From Rebecca billardiae RCC1528 (lineage: Eukaryota; Protista; Haptophyta), in NCBI GenBank assembly GCA_965240325.2, contig OZ251238.1:1426001-1490000 (forward strand): a DNA stretch of 64,000 nucleotides, written 5' to 3'. The translations under genes and the position numbers were made by a program. Positions 20,862 to 30,778 of the stretch are shown piece after piece; within the stretch, counting starts at the first letter, position 1, and the number at the start of each line of letters is the position of its first letter. The notes below the pieces were generated by a model. That model searched no databases, was not told where the DNA came from, and saw only the letters and a list, made by a program, of their open reading frames with translations.

Positions 20862-23723
20862 TCAGTTGACGGCGACCATGGCGGCGTGCGGCATCATCTG
20901 CGCCGGGGCGTGCGCCTTGCGCGAGCGCTTCGCCAGCTGCGCCACCTCGCCGCGCGAGCCCCACGCGCTCCCGCGCCTGTACTGCGCGTACTCCCGCCGG
21001 TACCGGTTCAGCTTCTCCTCGTCGACCGCCTTGACAAACGGCTCGGGCGGCGGCAGCACCACCTCGGGCACTGGCACCTCCGGCAGCGGCGGCGTGGGCG
21101 CGCGCTCGGCGTCGGGGTCGGCGCGGCTCGGCGCGGCCGTGACGACAACCGTCGGCACCGCCGCGGTCGGCCGCGCCGCCGCGAGCTGCGGCGCGGGCGC
21201 GCACTGCACGCAGCCCTCGGACACGTCGCGCCGCGCCGCGTTCGCCTGCAGCGCGGCGTGCAGCTCGTCGACGCTCGTGTCGAAGAAGTAGGTGCCGTTC
21301 TCCGCGTCAGTGGCCATGCCGCCGATCGCGGCGCAGAGGCCCATCGCCGGGTTCTTGAGCGTGTGCTTGTCGAAGCGCATCTGGCGCACGAGCTTGTCCG
21401 CGTCCATCGAGCGCGGCACGAACGTGGGCAGCCCGGTCGCGCCGATCAGCTCGTAGTGCTCGTCCACGACCGCCTGCGTGCAGATGCCCTTGCGCAGCGC
21501 GATCTCGGCGGAGACGCACATGCCGATGGCGACGGCCTCGCCGTGGAGCAGCGGGCGGTGCAGCGGGCCGCTCCACGAGAGGTGCTCGACCGCGTGCCCG
21601 ATCGCGTGGCCGTACTGCGGGCACACCTCGTTGTAGTCCGTCTTCTCGTACGCGTCGAGCGTCGGCGCCTTGATCTCGAGCGCCGCCTTGCAGATGCGCT
21701 CGAGGTACTCGCCGTCCGTGAGCGGCTTGCCCGCGCGCAGCGGGTCGACGATCATGTCGGTGAGCTCGCGCGACTGCGTGAGCCCGTGCTTGAGCGCCTC
21801 CGAGATGCCGTTGAGGATGTGCCGCTCGCTGAGCGTCGAGAGCGCGTCCGGGTCGATCGCGATCGTGCTCGCCGGGTAGTAGCAGCCGAGCAGGTTCTTG
21901 CCGAGCGGGTGGTTGACCGCCTGCTTGAAGTCGAGCGCCGCGTCGAAGGTGGACATGGTGGTGGTGGGCAGGTGCACGAGCGAGATGCCGCGGTACAGCA
22001 TGCCCGCGAGCACGCCCGCCAGGTTGTTCACCACGCCGCCGCCGAGCGAGACGATCGCCGAGTTCTTGTTGATGCCGTTGCACAGGATCTCGTCCGCGCA
22101 CGCGCTCAGCACGGCCATCGTCTTGTGGTGCTCGGTCGAGGGCTCGCCCGCGGCGTCGGCGAGGTCGGAGGGCATCGCGGTCTTGTGCACCTCGAGCCCG
22201 GCGGCGCGGAGCCCGGCGACCACCTGCTCGCCGTAGATCCCGTCCACCACCGTGTCCGTCACCACGTGGATCGGCGCGCCGTGGCACTTCTCGGGCAGGA
22301 AGTGCTTCGCGTGCGCCGCGAGCGCGTCGAGCTGGAGCAGCCCGCGCCGGATGATCACCTCGGTGTGCAGCGGCTTGCCGTCGCGGCCAAAGGTGTTGCG
22401 GTAGAAGCCGCGCTCGTCGACCTCGCCCGCCTTGAGCAGCGGCTGCCCCGCCGGCGCCACGTTCACGTTGAGCGCCGGCTTCGCGTCGAAGTCGAACCAC
22501 GGCACGCGCGCGAGCCGCGCGCCGGAGGCGTTACCCGAGTTACCCGCGTCCAGGGCGTCGAGCCGCGCGAGCTGCTCCGGACTCAGCTGCCAGTCGAGGA
22601 CGGCGAGGACGGGCGAGGCGAGGTGCGGGAGGACGACCGCCGTGCCGCGCTGCACGCCCCAGCGGAGCAGCACCTGCGCCGCCGTCTTGCCCGTCTGCGC
22701 GCCGATCTCCCGCGCAATCTCCGCCATCTTGTCCGAGTGAAAATCGGTCGCGCCAGCGCCGAACTGCGCAGCGCGGCCGAGCGCACAGGCGCGAGCGCGC
22801 GCGCGCGCGCGCGCGAGCGGTGGCAGGGCGGACGGTCGGTGAGACGGGGCGGCGGGCGCGGCGAGGCGGGTGGATACGCGGGCTCCCGCCGCACTGCCGC
22901 TGCGCGCACGCACCTGCGCCGTCGGGAGGTGCGCCACGAGCTGGACGTCAAAGCCGCGGCAGTCGGCCAGCAGCTGGCGCTGCGGCAGCAGCGGGTGGGC
23001 CTCGACGTGGAGCGAGCGCGGCTTGAGGGTGCAGTCGGCGAGGAGCTCGGTGAGCATGCGCGCGTCGAGGTTGCACACGCCCAGCGCGCGCACGAGCCCC
23101 GCCTGCACCAGCTGCTCCATCGCGCCGTACGTCTCGGCGATGCCCGCGCGCGCGCCGCTGTGCACGAGCGCAAAGCTTGTGGCGTCGGAGCCGGGCGTCA
23201 TGCGCGCGGGCCTGCGCGCGGACGAGGAGCGGGCGGCGTGGCGGGCGTGGGGGAGCGGGTGAGCGGGGTGTGGCTGCGCGCGGGGCGGCGCGGCATGCGG
23301 CTGGGCGCTCGTGCGCGCACGCCCGCGCGCAGACTTGGCCCAACCGCGCGCGCGGCTGCGGCGCCGGCGGTTACGGGGCGCGGCGCGCGCGCGCGCGCAC
23401 CAGTGCATGGCGTACTCGTCGAGGTACTCGAGGCCGAGGTTGGCGAGCGTGCGACGGCAGGCCTTCTCCACGTCCTCGGGCGCGGCGTCGGCGCACCACA
23501 ACTTGGCCACGACGTAGAGCTCCTCGCGCGTCACGTCGCCCGCGTCGATCGCGTCGCGGATGGCCACGCCAACCTCCTGCTCGCGGCCGTGGATCTGGGC
23601 GACGTCGATGAGGCGGACGCCGGCTCGGATGGCGTCGCGGATCGTCTTGTTCACGTTGGTCGTGCCGTCCATCGCGTCGGAGAGGCCGACGAGCGGCATG
23701 GGGCGGTACGTGTTCGAAAGCAT
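20862..23723 (-). CDS. Fusion of aldo-keto reductase and 2-deoxy-scyllo-inosose-synthase-like sugar-phosphate cyclase; exons 23723-23401, 23211-22914, 22763-20862 (about 840 aa)
   Basis: AKR part: RLIDVAQIHG, VVAKLW, YLDEYAMHWP (completed by splicing), GVCN, EAHP, AQVLLRWGVQRG. Cyclase part: SLGGGVVNNLAG, YRGISLVHLPTT, DFKQAVN, GKNLLGCYYP, SEALKH, QYGHAIGHAVE, HGEAVAIG. In-frame GT-AG introns 23212-23400 and 22764-22913. Confidence 0.85.
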   Translation of the reverse strand: MLSNTYRPMPLVGLSDAMDGTTNVNKTIRDAIRAGVRLIDVAQIHGREQEVGVAIRDAIDAGDVTREELYVVAKLWCADAAPEDVEKACRRTLANLGLEYLDEYAMHWCARARAAPRNRRRRSRARGWAKSARGRARTSAQPHAAPPRAQPHPAHPLPHARHAARSSSARRPARMTPGSDATSFALVHSGARAGIAETYGAMEQLVQAGLVRALGVCNLDARMLTELLADCTLKPRSLHVEAHPLLPQRQLLADCRGFDVQLVAHLPTAQVRARSGSAAGARVSTRLAAPAAPSHRPSALPPLARARARARACALGRAAQFGAGATDFHSDKMAEIAREIGAQTGKTAAQVLLRWGVQRGTAVVLPHLASPVLAVLDWQLSPEQLARLDALDAGNSGNASGARLARVPWFDFDAKPALNVNVAPAGQPLLKAGEVDERGFYRNTFGRDGKPLHTEVIIRRGLLQLDALAAHAKHFLPEKCHGAPIHVVTDTVVDGIYGEQVVAGLRAAGLEVHKTAMPSDLADAAGEPSTEHHKTMAVLSACADEILCNGINKNSAIVSLGGGVVNNLAGVLAGMLYRGISLVHLPTTTMSTFDAALDFKQAVNHPLGKNLLGCYYPASTIAIDPDALSTLSERHILNGISEALKHGLTQSRELTDMIVDPLRAGKPLTDGEYLERICKAALEIKAPTLDAYEKTDYNEVCPQYGHAIGHAVEHLSWSGPLHRPLLHGEAVAIGMCVSAEIALRKGICTQAVVDEHYELIGATGLPTFVPRSMDADKLVRQMRFDKHTLKNPAMGLCAAIGGMATDAENGTYFFDTSVDELHAALQANAARRDVSEGCVQCAPAPQLAAARPTAAVPTVVVTAAPSRADPDAERAPTPPLPEVPVPEVVLPPPEPFVKAVDEEKLNRYRREYAQYRRGSAWGSRGEVAQLAKRSRKAHAPAQMMPHAAMVAVN

Positions 23724-24237
23724 CTCGGGCGTGTCGGCGGTAGGTCGGTCAACGCCTGGCGTTGCGCGGAGGTTGGTGTTGAAGTTTGGATCCGCCGGTG
23801 AATCGGCGGTTACGACCGGACTTGAATGTTCTGGGGTTGCGGGAAAGTTGATGACGAGCCGATAAGAATCGGCTAAAGCAGCCGGTATTGCCAGTATTCG
23901 GATGGTACTTGTGTCGCAATCCCGCGGAGTGATTCTTCGAATCTGAGCACAATACATAGCGCGTCCGCCGCTGCCCTCGTCCCTCGTCGACAGCGCCTGC
24001 CTTGTTGTCAGCCAATGACCATGCATCGCGGGGTAAGCCGGGGTAAATAGCCTCCAGCGTCCGCCGCCGCTGAAGCTTCCGAATCTCCTCCAGCCGCATC
24101 GGGTCTGATCCCGGCGGGTAAGCAACCGACCGTTCGTTGATGGTGAGACCAAAAAAGTAGGAGCTCTCAACCGGCCAAACCGACCAGCAGCCAACTCCGA
24201 GCACTCACCCGGCGCACGCATCAACGCACGCATCAGC
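23724..24237. promoter_or_regulatory. Probable bidirectional promoter of the AKR-cyclase and WrbA-ABM-ThuA pair
   Basis: 514-bp lower-GC spacer between divergent ATGs. GAATC/GATTC at 23800, 23866, 23931, 23939 and 24081; GAAnnTTC at 23824 and 24072. Confidence 0.55.
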
Positions 24238-26081
24238 ATGGGCCGCATCCTCGTCTTCTACCACTCGAACACGGACTGCACGTCGCAGATGGGCAAGCTC
24301 GTCGCCGCCGGCGCCGCGCAGATCCCCGGCCACGAGATCCGCCTCCGCTCCACCGAGGACTGCACGCACGCGGACGTGCTGTGGGCGGACGGCCTCGCGG
24401 TCGGCACGCCGACCAACCTCGGCGGCATCGCGTGGCGCATGAAGAAGTGGTGGGACGAGTTCGCCGCGGACAACTGGAACAAGTGCGACGGCAAGCTCTG
24501 CACCGTCTTCTCCTCGCAGGGCGGGCACGGCGGCGGCGCCGAGATGTCCTGCCTCGCCATGTCGACCGTGCTGATGAACTTTGGCTTCCTCAGCTTCGGC
24601 GTGACCGACTACGTCGACAAGATCCACACGCTGCACTACGGCGCGGTGGTGGCGAAGCAGCCGCGGAACGAGCACGACCGGCTCGCGTGCGAGCGCCTCG
24701 GCCTGCGCCTCGCCGAGTGGGTCGCCGTCTACGTCGACGGGCGCAAGACGCTCCACCCGCTGCTCACGACCAAGGCTGACGACGCCGCAACCGCCGAGAA
24801 GGCCAAGGCGGAGGACGCGGCGAGCGCGCCGGCGGGCGCGGCGCGCGCGGTGCACGTGGTCGTGACGAAGGAGGTGCCTGAGGCCAACCAGGCCGAGTGG
24901 CTCGGCATGGCCGAGAAGCTCGCGCACCACACGTGGCGCGAGCCGGGCGTGCTCAAGTACAACTTTGTCAAGTCGGCCGACTCGCCGACGCGCTTCGTGA
25001 TCACGGAGGAGTGGGCGTCGATGGCGCACCTCGAGGCGCACTTCGCCACCCCGCACTTTACCACGTACGTGCCCAAGATGGACGCCATCTCCGAGACCGT
25101 CTCGATCGACAAGTGCGTCGACGCGCTCGCGCGCCGCCCCGCGGGCAGCGCGCTGGTCGAGTCGCTCGCGGTCGGCGCCGAGCGCAAGCGCACCGCCCTC
25201 GTCTTCAACAAGGTGCGTGGCGCGCGCGCGCGCGCGCGCGGTGTGTGTGCGCGCGCTCGACCCGAACCGCCGCGCACCCGGCGCGCAACGCCGCGCTCAC
25301 GCTGCGCGCCCGCCGCCGCACCCCGGCACGCGTCCGCGCGCTCGCACGCCCGCAGGCGACTGCCTACCGGCACGACTCGATCGACGCCGCGACCGAGTGC
25401 ATGTGCCGGCTGCTGGCCGAGCGCGGCTGGGCGTCGGTGGTGTCGGACGACTCGTCGCTGCTCGAGAAGGGCACGGCGCGGCCGTTCGACGCGATCGTCT
25501 TCGTGAACAACTCGGGCGACATCTTCGACCCGGCCAACGAGGCACTGAGCGAGCACCTAGCCGCGGGCCGCGGCGTGCTCGGCGTGCACGCGGCGCTCGC
25601 GTGCTTCCTTACGGGCGAGTGCGCGGCCGGGCACACGCTGATGGGCACGAAGACGGACGTGATCCGCGAGCTGTACGGCGCGCACTTCCGCAACCACCCG
25701 CCGCCGCAGCAGGCGACGCTACACGTGCACCACGACGCCGCGGCCGAGCTCTCGCCCGCGTTTGCGGAGCTGCCGCCCTCCTTCAGCCACCACGACGAGT
25801 TCTTCAACTTCGACGTCGACCCGAGCGCGGGCGCGGACGACGTGCGCGTGCTCGTCTCGGTCGACGAGAAGACGTACGAGGGCGGGCTGCACGGCGAGCG
25901 CCACCCGCTCGTGTGGAGCCGCGCGCTGGGCGAGAGGCGCGCGCCCGTCTTCTACTCGGCGCTCGGCCACTTTGCGCACGACTACGACGCGTCCGTCGCG
26001 GACACGAGCCGCGTGCAGGCGGTGCTGCGCGCCGGCCTGGACTACGTCATCACGCAGTCGGCGCCCGTCGCGCCGGCATAG
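24238..26081 (+). CDS. Triple fusion of WrbA-type flavodoxin/NAD(P)H oxidoreductase, ABM (dimeric alpha-beta barrel) domain and ThuA-like domain; exons 24238-25212 and 25356-26081 (about 566 aa)
   Basis: WrbA part: ILVFYHSNTDCT, ADGLAVGTPTNLG, FSSQGGHGGGAE. ABM part: EPGVLKY, FVITEEWAS, HLEAHFATPHF. Intron 25213-25355 restores LVFNK-ATAYRHDSI; ThuA motifs GVHAA, FRNHP, DEFF, HPLVW and FYSALGH follow. Confidence 0.88.
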
Positions 26082-26429
26082 GCGCCGAGAGGCGGCGCTG
26101 CGCCGGAGCACGTGGCCAACTATGCTCAGGGTTGGCGACGGCGGCGCCGGGTCGCGGAGTTTCCTTTCCGTGGGAGTACCAGTACCGTTTATAGCGATGA
26201 GTGATGCTGCCAGAGTGCGACGACTAACGAATAATCAGTACAGTCGTACGTCACAGTCAGTCAAGTCAGCTACTATAGCTACTATAGCGCATCGCCGTCA
26301 TCAGCAGATCATCTACATCACCGCCTGCTGCTATGCGATCGGATCGGGCCGAGGCCCGAGCAGTGCAGCTGAGCAGCAGTCGTGACCGAGTGTAACGGCG
26401 ACACTCGACAGCAGGCACTGATGATATGA

Positions 26430-26431
<2 letters not shown>

Positions 26432-26518
<87 letters not shown>
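26432..26518. repeat. (TA)n microsatellite
   Basis: Uninterrupted TA run. Confidence 0.99.
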
Positions 26519-26519
<1 letters not shown>

Positions 26520-27507
26520 TTATTGACTCGATCCGCCATCACTGATTATTGAGATACGCGTTCTGAAAACGGTATATCTCGTCGCGTCATTTCATCATCG
26601 CGCGTCGTCATCGACGACATCGAGTCGTCATACTACATCGCCGTACGGGCTGATTATATTCGATCATCAGCTGGCTGCCGCGCCCCGGACGCCGACTCAG
26701 CGGTCGCGACGCCTAGCGCGCAGCCTATAGCCCACGCGGCTGCGGCGCTATGCGCGACATCACGGTTGACTAGTCTAGTGCCATCCGAACGTACTCTGAG
26801 TTGATCCCCGCGGGCCCCTGGATGACTACCAATTACCATGCGGCCGTCCGTAGCCCGGGCATCAGGCGGAGGCGCGGCAGCCGTAGCGGGCGTAAGACCG
26901 AGTCAGCATGTCTGTCCGTGGCGATTGGCGTGGCCGCCCCGACGACTGTCGACCCAGCGCGGACTGTCACTGACTCTGCCGTCTGCGGATCCTGCCATCC
27001 GCCTGGCCGTGCTGCTGATGCGTCATCATAATCGATTGCACTCTCTCAGTGCCACTACACTACTAATTTGGGCCTACAGCTGGGCGTCACGCGGACTACT
27101 CTCACTGCTCAACATATATCGTCAGACATCAACACTCTCGATCGGATGTACTTCGCCTTCGGCGTCGGACTGTAAGTAGTGACTGCTGCCGCTGACTACT
27201 CAGTTATCTATACTCATTGTCAATATATATATATAGTATATACTATATATATACTATATATATAGCTACCAGTGGTGTGCGCGGACACGGGACAGTAGTC
27301 GGACTAGTCGGCGGGCGGCGCCCGATTTAAACCGCAGCAGCAGTTATAAGGCAGTAGGCGCAGCAGTTATTTATTAGCGCGCAGCAGCGCTGACGCCGCA
27401 CAGACGACTACGACTGTCGGATCAGCCCGACCGCTATATATATGAGCATCATCATCATCAGTAGCTATCGTGAATAAAATTACATCGGCGGCATGTACGT
27501 GTCTCGC

Positions 27508-28539
27508 TCATCCAGGCGATGTCGGCTCGCTCATCGCCACCGGCGGCAGCTCGGTCAGCTGCGTGCGCGGCCTGACCGCGCCGGCACAGCAGCAGCAGCC
27601 CTCGCGGCAGCGGCGGAGCAGCCGCGACGTGCAGCAGCCGGCCGCGCCGCCCCCGTCGGCCGCGCCCCCCGCGCGCGCCGCCGCGAAGCGCTCCGCGATC
27701 TCCTCGAGAGAGTGGCCCTTCGTCTCGGGGATGTAGCACGCGACGAACGCGCCCGCGGCCAGCGCGACCGGTACGAACGCCAGCCACGCGCCCGCGGGCG
27801 AGAGCGCGAGCTGCATCGTCAGGAACGAGGCGGAGATCACGCCGGCGACGATGCGCGTGATGAAGAGCGCGAGTGACATGCCGACCGCTCGCACGCGCGA
27901 CGGAAAGAGCTCGGCGCAGACGACGTACACGAGCGGCGAGAAGCCGAGCGAGAACGAGGCCATGTACGCGCACAGCCCGACGATCGCGAGCGCGGGCGCG
28001 CCGCCGCTCGCGGCTGCCGCCGCGAGGACGAGCAGCGAGCAGCACAGCCCGGCCGCGCTCAGCAGCAGCATCGGCTTCCGGCCGACGCGGTCAAACAGGC
28101 TTGCGCCGATGCCGAGGAAGAGAAGCTTGCACGCGCCGACGCCGGTGATCGCGAGCAGCGTGTCCCTGCGCGAGCGCACGCCCGCCAGCCGCACGATGTG
28201 CCCCGCGTAGTACACCAGCGCCTCCGAGCCCACCGCCTGCGAGAAGAACGCCAGGCCGAGCCCCCGCCACACGAGCGCGCGCGTCACGCCGTCGCGCGCG
28301 CAGAGCGCGTCGGCGATTGACGAGCCGGCGGCGGCGGGGCCGGTGGTTTCGGGGTCGTCGGCGGCGGGCTTGCTCGGCGCCGCGCCCGCCCCGCCGACGC
28401 CGCCGACGCCGCTGTCCCCACCGCCGCCGCTGTCCCCACCGCCGCCGCTGTCCCCACCGCCGCCGCTGTCCCCACCGCCGCCGCTGTCCCCACCGCCGCC
28501 GCTGTCCCCACCGCCACCGCTGTCTCCACCGCCGCCGCC

Positions 28540-28577
<38 letters not shown>

Positions 28578-29268
28578 CGCTGCCGCCGCCGCCGGCAGCG
28601 CTTGCGCTCACAATGTCCCTCAGCTGCTGCTCCGCCGTCTCGGGCGTTGGCGAGATGTCGAGCAGCACCTGGCGCGCGCGCTCGATCTTGCCGCGGTGGA
28701 CGAGCCAGCGCGGGCTCTCGGGCAGCAGCGGGAGCAGCAGCAGCAGCGCCACCGGCGGCAGCACGCCGACGGCAAACATCCATCGCCAGCCGCTCGGCGC
28801 CGCATAGAACGCGAGCCCTGACGCATACCCGAGCAGGATGCCCCCGTTGGTCGCGACGTCGCCGAGCGCGACGAGCGCGCCGCGGTGCTCGGCGGGCACG
28901 AGCTCGGCGGTGAGCACGGGCGCGACCACCAGCGCGAAGCCCACGCCCACGCCCTGCAGCAGCCGTCCGAGGAAGAGCACGAGGAAGCCGGGCGCGACCG
29001 CGATCGCCGCCGAGCCGACGAGGAACGTCACGTTGGCGAGCGCGATGCCGACGCGGCGTCCGAAGGCATGCGCGACCCAGCCGGCGGCGACGCCGCCGAA
29101 CGCGGCGGCGATGTTCATCACGCCCACGGCGAGCTCGTGCTGCACGTCGCTCAGCCTCAGCTCGTCGCGCATGGTGAGCGCGGCGGACGCAATCACTCCC
29201 TGGTCGTACCCCGAGAGCACGGAGCTCGCGGTGGAGACGGCGATGGCGAGCACGAGCGCACGCTTCAT
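27508..29268 (-). CDS. MFS sugar-porter family transporter (polyol/inositol type)
   Basis: LSGYDQGVI, FGRR, GRLLQGVGVG, AEL..P...RG, WRWM, PESPRWL, DRVGRKPML, AELFPSRVRA and PETKG.SLEEI. Confidence 0.95.
28411..28592 (-). repeat. 18-bp coding minisatellite (GGGGDS about x7) plus poly-Gly in the transporter central loop
   Basis: GCTGTCCCCACCGCCGCC units every 18 bp from 28411 on the + strand. Confidence 0.95.
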
Positions 29269-29758
29269 GGCGGCGGCTCGAGCGCCCAGGCCGGGCTAGG
29301 GGGGTCGGCGAGGGGCGCTCGAGGGGCGGGCTAGAGCCGCTCGCCAGTCGCGCCCGTCGGTCGCCAATGCGCTGAACGGCAGCTGTGATGCAGATGACCG
29401 GTTGGCATCAAGCAACTTTTTTTTGTTTTTCCGCGGCTTGTGGCCTCCCGCCTCCGCCTTGAGTTCCGACGATCTCTCGGTGATGAGCCAGCCAGCGCTG
29501 ATCAACCGGAGGCTGTTCGCCGAGCTCACGGATACAACACTTGTATGGGCGGCATCCTATGGAGCCGGGTAGGGCGGTACGCGCTTTAGGAAAAAGATCA
29601 AGGGAGGAACCTTCTGGCTATAAGATTCCGTCCGCCGCTGCCACCTCCGCACCAAAGTTCGCGGTCGGTGCCGGAATCGGAGGAATCTCATTGGCTCGGG
29701 CGCTCCCAACGCACACCCGTCCAACCCGCCGTCGTCTCCTGCAAACTCACTCGTCGGG
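29269..29758. promoter_or_regulatory. Probable bidirectional promoter of the transporter and SDR pair
   Basis: 490-bp lower-GC spacer between divergent ATGs. GATTC at 29624, GAATC at 29674 and 29683, GAAccTTC at 29607. Confidence 0.5.
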
Positions 29759-30778
29759 ATGGCAACTCCTTCGTGGTACGCGCACCTCCTCAACAAGCCG
29801 AGGGGCGAGGCGAAGCCGCAGCCGAGTGAGCCGCAGCGCATCCTCGTGAGCGGGACCACCGGCTGGATTGCGAGCGGCGTCGCCAAGGAGCTCGTCGCCG
29901 CCGGCCACTCTGTCACCGGCATCGCGCGCCGCAAGACGGAGATCCCGGGCGTGAAGTCGCTGCAGGCGGACCTGCTCTCGGCGGAGTCGCTCAAGATCAT
30001 CGGTGAGCACGGGCCGTTCGACGTGTTCATCCACCTCGCCGGCTCGCTCGGCTGGTGCTCCCTCGAGCAGGGCGTGGACATCAACGTCGCGGGCACGCGC
30101 AAGATTGTGCAGGCGGCGCTGGACGCAGGCTGCAAGCGCGTGATCGTCGCGAGCACCGTCGCGATCATCGGCACGACGGCGCCGCGCTTCCCGCCGAAGC
30201 GGCTGCCGCTGCGCGTAGACGACCCATTTGTCGGCTCCGCCTGGCCGTACGCCCTCTCCAAGTACATGGTCGAGGAGCAGGTGGCGTTCATGTCGCAGTC
30301 GGACGCGTGTGAGGACGTAGACTTCATCGTCGTGCGCGTCGGCGCGACCGTGACCGACCCCCCGGAGATCGTGCACAAGGACGGCGTGGTGAACGGGAAG
30401 GAGGTGTCGTGGCCAGTCGAGCCCGCGCGCTGCACGGACAAGCCGTACGACGCGGCGAGCGAGAAGGTCTTCGTCGAGGACGCCCTGTGCGCGGTCGCGT
30501 ACTCGGACCAGGTGGACTGCCTCGTGCACTGCGCCGTCCGCTGCCCCGTGCAGGCGGGCGTGCGCCAGATCGCGTGCGTCGCGCCGCGGCTGTACAACAT
30601 CGACCCGGTGCCCGCCCTCTTCGAGTCGTGGTACGGCGCCGAGGTCGCCAAGGGCATCGACACATCGTTCTACGACGACCCGGCCAACCTGCATGCGCCG
30701 ATCTACGACCTCGGCCCGGGCAGGGCGCTCGGCTGGGAGCCAAAGGTCGACCTGCTCGCGTGCAAGCTGGCGAAGTGA
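29759..30778 (+). CDS. NAD(P)-dependent epimerase/dehydratase (extended SDR)
   Basis: ILVSGTTGWIA Rossmann motif, FIHLAG, INVAGT, VIVASTVA, YALSK catalytic motif and LGWEPK. Intronless. Confidence 0.92.
   Translation: MATPSWYAHLLNKPRGEAKPQPSEPQRILVSGTTGWIASGVAKELVAAGHSVTGIARRKTEIPGVKSLQADLLSAESLKIIGEHGPFDVFIHLAGSLGWCSLEQGVDINVAGTRKIVQAALDAGCKRVIVASTVAIIGTTAPRFPPKRLPLRVDDPFVGSAWPYALSKYMVEEQVAFMSQSDACEDVDFIVVRVGATVTDPPEIVHKDGVVNGKEVSWPVEPARCTDKPYDAASEKVFVEDALCAVAYSDQVDCLVHCAVRCPVQAGVRQIACVAPRLYNIDPVPALFESWYGAEVAKGIDTSFYDDPANLHAPIYDLGPGRALGWEPKVDLLACKLAK

Noticed and set aside
20862-22763. Housekeeping 3-dehydroquinate synthase (aroB) or MAA-pathway DDG synthase
   Set aside because: Diagnostic motifs (NNLAG, KQAVN, YYP, QYGH) fit the DOIS branch better. 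No shikimate genes, O-methyltransferase or ATP-grasp partner are adjacent. Not formally excluded without a phylogeny.
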